A stretch of 64,000 nt of DNA from an uncultured Bacillota bacterium (GTDB lineage: Bacteria > Bacillota > Clostridia > Lachnospirales > Lachnospiraceae), in the NCBI GenBank assembly GCA_949291945.1, contig CASEXH010000010.1, forward strand, positions 44,482 through 108,481. Direction: 5' to 3'. Position 1 is the stretch's first letter. Each line of letters begins with the position of its first letter. Shown here piece by piece: positions 49,916 through 58,915 of this stretch. A program made the translations under genes and the position numbers. The notes beneath the pieces are model-generated. The model did no database searches. It saw nothing but the letters and a program-made list of their open reading frames with translations, and was not told the origin of the DNA.

Positions 49916-50365
49916 TTATGCTATGTGGCTTTTCAGCTCGGCAATCTCTTTTTTCATCTTCTCCATATCATCAATAAGAAAGTTGACTTTTATCTGATAT
50001 GCCAGCTGGACATCTGTGACTTTATTGTTTTCATCAAGCTTGTTTACTAGGTTGCAGTAATTTTCCGCCAATAACGTAATGTTTTTATCTGTAACGTTTT
50101 CTATGTGCATCTTAACCTCAGTCAGTTCTTTCTGGGTCTCTGCACTTATCTTTTGTATCGCAGACACTTTTTCTTCCAGGCCTGTCACTTTTCCTTCTAT
50201 GCCTGAGGTTTTGTCTTCCAAGCCCAATATTCTGCTTTCCAGGCCTGACATTTTGTCTTCCATTCCTGTCATTCTGTTTTCCAGGCCCGTTAATTTCTGT
50301 GTGACAGGTTTTAACTTCTCGTCCAGCATGCCTGCGATTGCTGTCAATAATTCACCCTCTGCCAT
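49916..50365 (-). CDS. Hypothetical coiled-coil protein with heptad repeats
   Basis: RBS AGGAGG; six G[LMI]E.K/R.. heptads. Confidence 0.75.
   Translation of the reverse strand: MAEGELLTAIAGMLDEKLKPVTQKLTGLENRMTGMEDKMSGLESRILGLEDKTSGIEGKVTGLEEKVSAIQKISAETQKELTEVKMHIENVTDKNITLLAENYCNLVNKLDENNKVTDVQLAYQIKVNFLIDDMEKMKKEIAELKSHIA
50161..50287 (-). repeat. Degenerate 21-bp tandem repeat, about 6 units
   Basis: GGCCTGGAAAACAGAATGACA, GGAATGGAAGACAAAATGTCA, GGCCTGGAAAGCAGAATATTG, GGCTTGGAAGACAAAACCTCA, GGCATAGAAGGAAAAGTGACA, GGCCTGGAAGAAAAAGTGTCT. Confidence 0.75.
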
Positions 50366-50482
50366 AAGCTCCTCCTTTCCTGTCGTATTTATGCAGCAGC
50401 CCGGCTCTTGGTCAGAACAGATAAACCGGGCTGCTTCATCTATAGACAGTCTATCACAATTATCGGCAGGGGTAAAGAATTT

Positions 50483-52084
50483 TTACTCCTGTTTCAGAAG
50501 AGCTTTCATATCCTCTTCCGGTGTAGTTACAGGTCCTATCTGATAATTTTCCACCAGATAGTTCAGGATATCCTGAGAAAGGAACGCCGGAAGGGTTGGG
50601 CCCAGGCGGATGTTCTTAATTCCCAGATGAAGAAGAGTCAGCAGGATACATACGGCTTTCTGTTCATACCAGGACAGTACAAAGGACAGAGGAAGTTCAT
50701 TGACCGAACAGCCAAAGGCCTGGGACAGGGCCACAGCAATCTGGATGGCACCGTAAGCGTCATTACACTGTCCCATATCGATCAGACGGGGGATACCGTC
50801 AATGTCTCCCAGATCCAGATCGTTAAACCGGTATTTTCCACAGGCCAGTGTTAATACCACTGTATCCGCCGGCGTCTGTTTTACAAATTCTGTATAATAA
50901 TTTCTTCCCGGTCTGGCACCGTCGCAGCCTGCCACCAGGAAAAAGTGACGGATCTTTCCGGCTTTTACAGCATTTACGATCGCTTCCGCCTGGGAAAGGA
51001 GGGCATTGTGTCCAAAGCCGGTAGTAACTGTTTTTCCTCCGTTTATACCTGTAAATTCTCTGTCTTCCGGGAATCCTCCCAGCTCCAGAGCTTTCTGGAT
51101 CACCGGTGTAAAGTCTTTGTCCTCTCCTATATGGACGGTTCCCGGAAATCCTACCATCTCTGTGGTAAACACCCGGTCCCGGTAACTGTCTTTGGGAGGC
51201 ATGAGGCAGTTGGTGGTAAAGAGAATCGCTCCGGGAAGATTGTCAAACTCTTTTTTCTGGTTCTGCCATGCAGTGCCGAAATTTCCTTTCAGATGGGAAT
51301 ACTTTTTCAGCTCCGGATAGCCGTGAGCAGGAAGCATTTCTCCATGAGTATAGATATTGATCCCCTTATCCTTTGTCTGCTCCAGAAGCAGCTTCAGATC
51401 TTTCAGATCATGGCCTGTCACAACAATAAAAGGACCTTTTTCCACTTTCATGGATACTTTGGCAGGCGCAGGATCTCCATAGGATTCTGTGTTTGCCCTA
51501 TCCAGCAGGGCCATACACTTCAGATTGATCTCCCCCACCTTCAGAACTACCGGAAGGAGTTTTTCCACGGTATCTTCATAGCCCATTCTGAACAATGCCT
51601 CACAGAAAAACTCATCCACTTCCCGGTCCTGGTATCCCAGAACTCTGGCATGGTAGGCGTATGCAGCCATTCCCCGGATCCCGAAAAGGATCAGAGATTT
51701 TAAGGAACGGATATTTTCCTGGGCTTCCCAGATTTCTTTCATATCAAAATCATCGGTCTTGCCCCAGGGTGCCCCGCAGCTGCTGCACTGAGGCACCAGT
51801 CTTTCTTTTTCTTTTTTCACCGCTTGGATCTGTCTCTGAATAGCCTCATCATCAAAACTTACATTTGTCACTGTGGTAAACAGGCCTTCAATGAGTATCT
51901 TGTAAGTGTTTTCATCCGGTTCTGTGTCTCCTCTGGCAGCTCTGGCCAGTCCCACTAAAGCTCCTGTCAGTTCATCCTGAAGAGCCGCTGTGTCTGACTT
52001 TTTCCCGCAGACTCCTGCATTTCCCGTACAGGCAGTGCAGCCTGCTGTCTGTTCACACTGAAAGCAAAACATTTTGTTTTCCAT
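50483..52084 (-). CDS. hcp: Hybrid cluster protein (hydroxylamine / NO reductase)
   Basis: MFCFQCEQT...C...GVCGK, THGEMLPAH, TTNC, AGCDG, DMGQCND and SWYEQKA. Confidence 0.97.
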   Translation of the reverse strand: MENKMFCFQCEQTAGCTACTGNAGVCGKKSDTAALQDELTGALVGLARAARGDTEPDENTYKILIEGLFTTVTNVSFDDEAIQRQIQAVKKEKERLVPQCSSCGAPWGKTDDFDMKEIWEAQENIRSLKSLILFGIRGMAAYAYHARVLGYQDREVDEFFCEALFRMGYEDTVEKLLPVVLKVGEINLKCMALLDRANTESYGDPAPAKVSMKVEKGPFIVVTGHDLKDLKLLLEQTKDKGINIYTHGEMLPAHGYPELKKYSHLKGNFGTAWQNQKKEFDNLPGAILFTTNCLMPPKDSYRDRVFTTEMVGFPGTVHIGEDKDFTPVIQKALELGGFPEDREFTGINGGKTVTTGFGHNALLSQAEAIVNAVKAGKIRHFFLVAGCDGARPGRNYYTEFVKQTPADTVVLTLACGKYRFNDLDLGDIDGIPRLIDMGQCNDAYGAIQIAVALSQAFGCSVNELPLSFVLSWYEQKAVCILLTLLHLGIKNIRLGPTLPAFLSQDILNYLVENYQIGPVTTPEEDMKALLKQE

Positions 52085-52103
52085 TTGTTCTTTCTCCTTT
52101 TTC

Positions 52104-52841
52104 TTATTCCTCTATAATATTTCCGTCAGTGGAAATCACCGCTACACTCCAGGGGATAAATTTTCCGCTGTCTTTTAAAGCTGTCTTTACCGCATGTTCC
52201 AGTCCCCCGCAGCAGGGAACTTCCATCCGGACGATCTTCACGCTTTTAATCTCATTGTTCCTGATAATCTCTGTAAGTTTCTGAGAATAATCCACACTAT
52301 CCAGTTTTGGACAGCCAATCAGGGTTATATGGTCTTTCATAAAATGTTCATGAAAAGCCCCATAAGCATAAGCTGTACAATCCGCTGCGATCAGCAGCTT
52401 TGCCCCCTGAAAGTACGGTGCATTTACAGGAGCCAGCTTGATCTGGACCGGCCACTGTCTGAGCTGGGAAATGGCTGGAGCGGCTCCTGCTTCCCGTACA
52501 TTGCTCTCTCCTTTGGGCTGGATGGCTCTGGACTGGCTTACGGGACATCCCTTAGGCATCTCCATACCCTGGCTCTGGTTCTTTTTCTGAAATTCCGCCT
52601 GGATTTTCTGCTTATTTTCCATAACCGCCTTTTCATCATAAGGGGCCGCCTCCCTTTCTTCAAAGGAAATAGCTCCTGCGGGGCAAGCCGGCAGACAGTC
52701 TCCCAGACCGTCACAGTAATCCTCCCGGAGAAGTTTTGCCTTTCCCTCTATCATGCCGATAGCGCCTTCATGGCAGGCATCGGCGCAAAGGCCGCAGCCG
52801 TTACATTTTTCTTCGTCTATGTGAATGATCCTTCTCTTCAT
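52104..52841 (-). CDS. 4Fe-4S dicluster protein typical of clostridial hcp loci
   Basis: CNGCGLCADAC and CDGLGDCLPACP, QWPVQIKL, AADC, GCPKLD and MEVPCC. Confidence 0.9.
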   Translation of the reverse strand: MKRRIIHIDEEKCNGCGLCADACHEGAIGMIEGKAKLLREDYCDGLGDCLPACPAGAISFEEREAAPYDEKAVMENKQKIQAEFQKKNQSQGMEMPKGCPVSQSRAIQPKGESNVREAGAAPAISQLRQWPVQIKLAPVNAPYFQGAKLLIAADCTAYAYGAFHEHFMKDHITLIGCPKLDSVDYSQKLTEIIRNNEIKSVKIVRMEVPCCGGLEHAVKTALKDSGKFIPWSVAVISTDGNIIEE

Positions 52842-53010
52842 ACTGCGCTCTCCCTCTTTTCTCTGTTATGCTGACTGATCTGCTGCATTTTCTCATACAT
52901 CTCATCTCCTACGCACTGTCTGGCATACTGGCACCATTGTACACAGCTGAGTTTATCATTGTAGGCTATAAAAAATCGCAGTGATCACATTTTACTTCTG
53001 TATCTCCCTT
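52838..53010 (-). pseudogene. Frameshifted, 5'-truncated remnant of a small Cys-rich protein gene
   Basis: ...DTEVKCDHCDF shifts frame at the A6 run (52970-52975) into AYNDKLSCVQWCQYARQCVGDEMYEK...SAV*. The TGA overlaps the ATG of the next gene. Confidence 0.55.
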
Positions 53011-53080
53011 GACTTTACGGCCTTATTATAGTATTTTAAGCACAACATGTATGTTTGTTTTCAAACAAGGAGATGATTTT

Positions 53081-53755
53081 TTGAAAAAATATTTATTTAT
53101 ACTGAAGAACTGTCCTTTTTTCTCGGGAATGTCAGAAGAAGAGATTCTTTCTATCCTGAATTGTATAGACGCAAAAGTACTCTGCAAAGAAGCCAATGAA
53201 TATATATTACGTGCCGGAGACAGCACCACGGCCATGGGCCTTGTACTGAAAGGTTCTGTTCTGGTAGTACAGGAAGATCTGTGGGGACATCGAAATATCA
53301 TGTCTAAAATAGAAGAAGGTGATTTTTTCGCAGAGCCTTACGCTGCCACTCCCGGCTCTGTTCTGAACATCAATGTAATCGCCTGCAGCCACTGTGAGAT
53401 CATGTTGCTGAACATCAACCGGCTCCTGTCCGTATGCCCTACCGCCTGCGAGCACCACAATAAACTGATCCGGAACCTGGTGGCTGTGCTGGCAGGTAAG
53501 GTATTGCTCTTTAACGAAAAAATCACCCATATGAGTAAGAGGACTACCAGAGAAAAGCTTTTATCCTATCTTTCCTCAGAGTCTATAAAGCAGGGAAAAC
53601 TTTCCTTTGATATTCCCTATGACAGACAACAGCTGGCGGACTATCTCTGCGTGGAAAGAGCCGCCATGTCTGTAGAACTGTCAAAGCTGCAGAAAGCGGG
53701 GCTGCTGAAAACAAAGAGAAATCATTTTGATCTTTATGAGATACTCGGTTCTTAA
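53081..53755 (+). CDS. Crp/Fnr-family regulator
   Basis: cNMP-binding fold and HTH QQLADYLCVERAAMSVELSKL. TTG start after AGGAG; divergent from the hcp operon. Confidence 0.92.
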   Translation: MKKYLFILKNCPFFSGMSEEEILSILNCIDAKVLCKEANEYILRAGDSTTAMGLVLKGSVLVVQEDLWGHRNIMSKIEEGDFFAEPYAATPGSVLNINVIACSHCEIMLLNINRLLSVCPTACEHHNKLIRNLVAVLAGKVLLFNEKITHMSKRTTREKLLSYLSSESIKQGKLSFDIPYDRQQLADYLCVERAAMSVELSKLQKAGLLKTKRNHFDLYEILGS

Positions 53756-53769
53756 AAGCCGCTGATTTT

Positions 53770-53840
53770 CAAGGGCAATTCTTTCACTTCCGTCCCATTC
53801 ACGGGAACAGGAAGTTGAAGATAATTTTCCTGATACTTTC
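53770..53840 (-). pseudogene. C-terminal scrap of a large serine recombinase
   Basis: Minus strand reads SIRKIIFNF, then after a 1-bp shift (P)VPVNGTEVKELPL, matching the remembered C-terminus of rumA-targeting recombinases. Confidence 0.6.
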
Positions 53841-53880
53841 TCATAATAAAAACATGAGAGCGTTTATCTCCATCATTATA

Positions 53881-53918
53881 TTGAAATCTCCGTCATTTTA
53901 GAGTAAAATGACGGAGAT
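53881..53918 (+). promoter_or_regulatory. fic promoter overlapped by a perfect 14-bp inverted repeat
   Basis: TTGAAA, 17 bp, TAAAAT; IR ATCTCCGTCATTTT-AGAGT-AAAATGACGGAGAT at 53886-53918. Confidence 0.7.
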
Positions 53919-53941
53919 AAATCGGAAATGAGGTAGATAAT

Positions 53942-54988
53942 ATGCGGTTATTTGATTATAAAAAGGAACCGAAAAAACTTTTGACACCGGAGATCGTACA
54001 GATGGTTTCCATCATCCATGAACACAAAGGGAAACAAGAATTATTTCTGGAGGCCAATATTGATGAATTGAAAACCCTTCTTGAAGTTGCATTGATTCAA
54101 AGTACGGGTGCTTCCAACCGTATCGAAGGTATTTATACAACGGATAAGCGACTGGAGGAACTGGTAAGCCAGAAGGCAGAACCTAGAAACCGTTCCGAAC
54201 AAGAAATTGCAGGCTATCGGGAAGTGCTTGCTACCATTCACGAAAGTTACGAATACATTGTTCCCCGCCCCAACCTGATTTTACAGCTACATCGGGATTT
54301 GTATTCTTACTCTCAGAAAGCTACTGGCGGGAGTTATAAAAATGCGGATAATGTCATTGCTGAAACAGATGCAGAAGGACATCAAAAGGCACGATTCGTT
54401 CCGGTTCCGGCATTTCAGACTGCAGAAGCGATGGAGGAACTTTGCAGGGAATTCTGGGAAGCCTGGGAAGCTGACCATATTGATAAACTTCTTCTGATTC
54501 CCATGTTTATTCTAGATTTTCTCTGTATCCATCCCTTTAATGACGGGAATGGACGCATGAGCCGCCTGCTGACCCTTTTGTTGTTCTATAAAGCCGGATA
54601 TATTGTCGGGAAGTACATCAGTATGGAAATGCTGATTGAAAAAACTAAAGAAACCTATTATGAAGCGTTGCAGGCAAGTTCAGCCGGCTGGCATGAAAAT
54701 GAGAATAGCTACGAACCTTTTGTGAAATATTATCTTGGCATTACGCTGAAAGCATACAATGAATTTGAAAGTCGTGTGGAGCATTTGAAAAACCGCACAC
54801 TTTCCAAGCCAGAGCGAATCAGAGCTATGATCGACCAGAAGGTTGGAAAAATCACAAAAAAGGAAATCCTGGATGCCTGCCCTGACATCAGCAAAACGAC
54901 GGTAGAACGTACTCTGACGGATTTAGTTAAGAGTGGTTACATTGCCAAAGTAGGTTCGGGACCGGCTACCGGATATGTCAGAATCTAA
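53942..54988 (+). CDS. Fic-family protein with a C-terminal wHTH
   Basis: Fic motif HPFNDGNGRMSR, N-terminal inhibitory-type SNRIEG and a C-terminal HTH. Confidence 0.93.
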   Translation: MRLFDYKKEPKKLLTPEIVQMVSIIHEHKGKQELFLEANIDELKTLLEVALIQSTGASNRIEGIYTTDKRLEELVSQKAEPRNRSEQEIAGYREVLATIHESYEYIVPRPNLILQLHRDLYSYSQKATGGSYKNADNVIAETDAEGHQKARFVPVPAFQTAEAMEELCREFWEAWEADHIDKLLLIPMFILDFLCIHPFNDGNGRMSRLLTLLLFYKAGYIVGKYISMEMLIEKTKETYYEALQASSAGWHENENSYEPFVKYYLGITLKAYNEFESRVEHLKNRTLSKPERIRAMIDQKVGKITKKEILDACPDISKTTVERTLTDLVKSGYIAKVGSGPATGYVRI

Positions 54989-55170
54989 GTTATAGAATTT
55001 TATCTATGAGGAAGATAATTCCCGTTACATCGCAGTCATACATTTACATTTCGGTGTATGGCTGCTTTTATTTTGCCGGGAAAGGAACAGATGCAAATAA
55101 AATTAGCATTGTCTGAAAAGCCATCAGCAGCACAGAGTTTTCCAGAACTCATTTCCGATTGAGATGGAAA

Positions 55171-55329
55171 CTATTCTTCTGTTGAAGTGTCTACCAAGTC
55201 CAATCCGACACTATTCTCTGTTTCAACGGATTTATCATTTGCATAATCAGTAGAATCAGAACCGCAAGCAGACAAAGTTCCCACTAATATCGCAACAAAA
55301 AGTGCCGTTTGTACCAATCATTTTATCAT
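55171..55329 (-). pseudogene. Lipoprotein pseudogene
   Basis: RBS GAGAGG, then MIK*LVQTALFVAILVGTLSACGSDSTD...STEE*: lipobox LSAC with an in-frame TGA at codon 4. Confidence 0.6.
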
Positions 55330-55349
55330 TATCCACCTCTCAAAATGAT

Positions 55350-56669
55350 TTATTCCTGCGAAACCGGCGGCACTTCACCAAATAAAATATTAAGTTCATC
55401 AATAGTTCCAGCTTTTTCCCACTGTGCCATACCATGTTTCCATACCAAGCTATCAGCGGTAAGCTGTCCTGCGGTTGCCATCTGTGCCAACACAGAAATG
55501 TTAAACGGTCCAGTCGCTTGTCCGTTGACCGCTACATGATATGCTACAGTAGGAATTGGAGGAGGTATAGCACCGGGCGTTGTCTGCTGATTGATGCCAC
55601 TCATCATATTGTTCATAGCACCCGCAATGTTCTGGCCCACGGCGCCGCCAACGGCCATACTTGCCATCATAGCTGCCATATTAAAGCCCTCTCCACTGCC
55701 ACTCAGATTTACATCACCCGCACCATTTGCCCCCATCTGTCCAAAAGCCTGTGCGCCAGCAACACCGACCTCTGCCTGTTTTTCAACTTGGAAAGCACCA
55801 ATATTGGCGGTTTGTGTTTGCTTGTGCATAGCATACTGGCCTTCCTCACGCTGGATACGAAGGCGCTCCACATAATCCTGTGTCTCAGCCTCGATTCTTG
55901 CTGCCGCAATGTCCTTTGTAACCGCCATAAGCTGACGGTAACCTTCACTGGATTTGTCAATCTCGATGGCACCAATATCCACCCCTGACACCAAAACACC
56001 GAAGGTTTCTTTCAGTCGTTCGCTGATATCATACTCCACAACATCATTAATTTGTGCTGTTTTGGTTTCAATCTGAATGACCGGAATGTTGTTGGCGGCG
56101 GGAGCATTGGCGACCGCATCTTTTACATATCGATATACTGTATCTCGAATCTGCTTTTGAAAATCATTCAGATCAAATGTATTTAGCCGGTTAAGCTTGA
56201 TGAACTCACGGTAGTCCCTAATTTGAAAACTAATAGTACCTCTGACAGCAAGAGGAACACCAAAATCGGAAAACCTAGGATCATATACATCAAAGAATGG
56301 TACACCAAATTTCACTTGAATGATGCGGGTAAGGTTGATAAAGTAAACCTCAGCCTGAAATGGTGTTCCCCCTTCATATGCAAGTCCAATAATGCTAGAC
56401 AGAACAGGGAGATTGGCTGTTTTGATGTTCTGATCAAAGGGGCCTTCGATGAAATCCTGCATCACACCATCTTTCTGTTTGTAAACAAAAACTGCAACTT
56501 CTCCGTCTTTAACCCGCAGGGAAGACCCCCAGCGAATCGAGTTTTCTCGCTGTCTGCTTCCTTCCTGAACGCCAGATGGATGCCACTTCCAAATCAGATA
56601 TGATGGTTCATCACAACGTATCTCGTCCATCAAACCGCCCTTGCGGTTATTTTTATCAAACAATCCCAT
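55350..56669 (-). CDS. SPFH/band-7-like (YdjI-type) protein with a C-terminal GYF_2 (DUF4339) domain
   Basis: GSSLRVKDGEVAVFV, FQAEVYFINL, VPLAVRGTISF; C-terminal YHVAVNGQATGPF...LVWKHGMAQWEKA. ATG at 56669 after AGGAGG. Confidence 0.8.
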   Translation of the reverse strand: MGLFDKNNRKGGLMDEIRCDEPSYLIWKWHPSGVQEGSRQRENSIRWGSSLRVKDGEVAVFVYKQKDGVMQDFIEGPFDQNIKTANLPVLSSIIGLAYEGGTPFQAEVYFINLTRIIQVKFGVPFFDVYDPRFSDFGVPLAVRGTISFQIRDYREFIKLNRLNTFDLNDFQKQIRDTVYRYVKDAVANAPAANNIPVIQIETKTAQINDVVEYDISERLKETFGVLVSGVDIGAIEIDKSSEGYRQLMAVTKDIAAARIEAETQDYVERLRIQREEGQYAMHKQTQTANIGAFQVEKQAEVGVAGAQAFGQMGANGAGDVNLSGSGEGFNMAAMMASMAVGGAVGQNIAGAMNNMMSGINQQTTPGAIPPPIPTVAYHVAVNGQATGPFNISVLAQMATAGQLTADSLVWKHGMAQWEKAGTIDELNILFGEVPPVSQE

Positions 56670-56682
56670 ATCGGAACTCCTC

Positions 56683-57789
56683 CTATTCTGTTGCACTACT
56701 ACTGTCTGGTTCTTCTCCATTCAATATACGATTGAATTCATTAATGTTTTCCTTAGCAGCATCTAATCCAGATTGCACACCCTCTTTAAAGCCCTTGCCA
56801 ACCCCATTATCGTTATCTTCACTATCAGACGGTTCATCATTTGCTTTATCAATATCTGGAGTTGGCGTGAACTCTATATCTACCCCATTTTTCCCAGCTT
56901 CCTCAAGTATCTTTTCCACCCAGTATTCCCGTTCGATATCCCATTTTCGCTCCATCTCCACATCATAACGCTGATAGTCTATAGAATCAGCAATCCTCAA
57001 GGCATGCGCATATTCACCATGATCCAATGCTTGTCGAACATCTAGAACAATGTTATCTAATCGCTCAATTTCTTTTTCTTCCTTTTTTGGTTCAGTTATC
57101 GCAAGTGAAACAAGAATGACAATCCATACTACAGGTACCCAGCCAAGCATGAGTACCCACTTAATAATGCCTTTTTTCTTTGATTTTTTGATCTCTACGT
57201 TACAACTATCATAAAGCGCCTGAATTTCCGTAAATACGTTATCTGCGGAGTAACTTCTTTTGGCCTTTTCATATACCTGCTGAACTTTTGAAAACCAAGC
57301 GGCGTTTACTTCTTTTTCACTCTTAGATACATCGGTGTTAGCAGAGTCATATGTCCGCATATTCATGTTTGAGGTTGCAAGAATCATAAATTCAAGCATA
57401 TCTTCTTTCGTGCTAGGAACGGAAAAACTTTTTATTAAACTAATTTTTTGCTCATCTGTTTTGGATATCCTTTGCTGTGCTTCTGCTGCTGCCCAAATGC
57501 CACGAGGTTTTTCATATTCCCGCCTTGATTCAATAGCCTCAAGTTTCAAAGCAAATTCCTTTACCACACTGGATGCTTTTGCTCCTCGCAATTCATAACC
57601 ACATGCGGGACAATTTAATTCAAATGCCTTTAGGACTTCACCGCAATTAGGACATTTGTACAGTTTTCCTGCAAACTCCTGTTTTCGTTGCATATATCCT
57701 GTATTTTCATCTGTCACTGGGCAACCACACTTCTGACAGAATTTTGCGTCTTCGAGAAGTTCTTGTCCGCAGTTAGTACAAAACGCCAC
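56683..57789 (-). CDS. Double zinc-ribbon membrane protein
   Basis: CTNCG...FCQKCG and CPNCG...CPACG motifs, one TM (WVLMLGWVPVVWIVILVSLAIT) and an acidic C-terminal domain. Confidence 0.85.
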   Translation of the reverse strand: MAFCTNCGQELLEDAKFCQKCGCPVTDENTGYMQRKQEFAGKLYKCPNCGEVLKAFELNCPACGYELRGAKASSVVKEFALKLEAIESRREYEKPRGIWAAAEAQQRISKTDEQKISLIKSFSVPSTKEDMLEFMILATSNMNMRTYDSANTDVSKSEKEVNAAWFSKVQQVYEKAKRSYSADNVFTEIQALYDSCNVEIKKSKKKGIIKWVLMLGWVPVVWIVILVSLAITEPKKEEKEIERLDNIVLDVRQALDHGEYAHALRIADSIDYQRYDVEMERKWDIEREYWVEKILEEAGKNGVDIEFTPTPDIDKANDEPSDSEDNDNGVGKGFKEGVQSGLDAAKENINEFNRILNGEEPDSSSATE

Positions 57790-57808
57790 CGATATTCCTC
57801 CATCACCA

Positions 57809-58312
57809 TTACAGTTTATTTTTACCTATACAGTCCAAGATTACATCATATAGTTCTTTCATTCGCTGATATGAACACTCACCTAAGTTCCTTAGCCCAT
57901 AAAACTGTCGGCATTGGAGTGGCTCAATCTCAAACCTCGAATGGAAATCACTACTTGTTCCTACATAACACGGTTGAACAGCATCCTGCGGAAAAATCCT
58001 ATCATTTTTGAATTGTCGTTGGTCTGCGGTTATATCCACAATATATAAATCATCAACAACAAGCCACGAATGACCGAAAATATTCTCAAAACCATCATAT
58101 CGGTATGTACCATACACACATCTACAGCTAATGCTTTGCTCTGAAACATTATCCATCAAGTATTGTGCCAACAACTCAGGAGTATCTCCACAACAAGCAT
58201 TTGGGAAATCCGAAAACGGTTGTTTCTGGAATAGTCGGTTCTCATGCGCTATTTCTATTCCACGACGAAAACGAGAAGCCAGATATTTAATTTCCCTAAT
58301 CTCCATATCCAT
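57809..58312 (-). CDS. Hypothetical protein with a papain/transglutaminase-like Cys-His-Asp pattern
   Basis: FPNACCGDTPELLAQYL...GHSWLVVDDLYIVDITADQ. Confidence 0.65.
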   Translation of the reverse strand: MDMEIREIKYLASRFRRGIEIAHENRLFQKQPFSDFPNACCGDTPELLAQYLMDNVSEQSISCRCVYGTYRYDGFENIFGHSWLVVDDLYIVDITADQRQFKNDRIFPQDAVQPCYVGTSSDFHSRFEIEPLQCRQFYGLRNLGECSYQRMKELYDVILDCIGKNKL

Positions 58313-58318
58313 TCCCCT

Positions 58319-58531
58319 TTAATCGCTATCTGATTTTACAGCATCGCAAATATCTCCGATGTTACAATCCAAATATTCACAAATACGCAACAAAACCGAA
58401 AGAGCCACTTCCTCATTTCTGCGCAGCTTCGTCATGGTTCCTGTAGCGATATTCAAATCTTTTCGGAGTGTAGCCGGAGAAATTTCATTCTCAATTAAGC
58501 GTATCCATAACTTTTTATAACTTATTTTCAT
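58319..58531 (-). CDS. Cro/C1-type (Xre, HTH_26) transcriptional regulator
   Basis: MKISYKKLW...LRKDLNIATGTMTKLRRNEEV...LLRICEYLDCNIGDI. Confidence 0.9.
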   Translation of the reverse strand: MKISYKKLWIRLIENEISPATLRKDLNIATGTMTKLRRNEEVALSVLLRICEYLDCNIGDICDAVKSDSD

Positions 58532-58738
58532 AGCACACTTTTTCTAAATCCACATTTTGACTCTCTCAAGATCTATTATATGTATTATCGCTTTAGAAAT
58601 CAAGATAATTCAATAATTAATAAGCATTTTTTCGCAACTTCTTGCGAATATTCAAAAAGAAAACGCCCATCCGAAAAAGATTTCTCGCAGATGAGCGTAT
58701 TATTAGTATTTCCCAAGAGAACTGAACAGAGATGAGCC

Positions 58739-58915
58739 TTAAATCATACCAAAATACTTCAGTGCTTCTGTAATTGCTGTTTCCTTTTCCGGCGGGCATT
58801 TCGGCTGTCTGGCGTTCTTAGACTTCGACCTGTTGTAGTTCTTGCGCTCAATAATGCCATATTTCTGTTTAATCTGGGCGATGTAAAGAGAGGAAACCTT
58901 TAAGCCGGTCTGCTA
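58739..58915 (-). pseudogene. Element-derived rlmD C-terminal extension cut off by a premature TAG
   Basis: The in-frame continuation after the TAG at 58915-58913 reads QTGLKVSSLYIAQIKQKYGIIERKNYNRSKSKNARQPKCPPEKETAITEALKYFGMI*. Confidence 0.75.
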
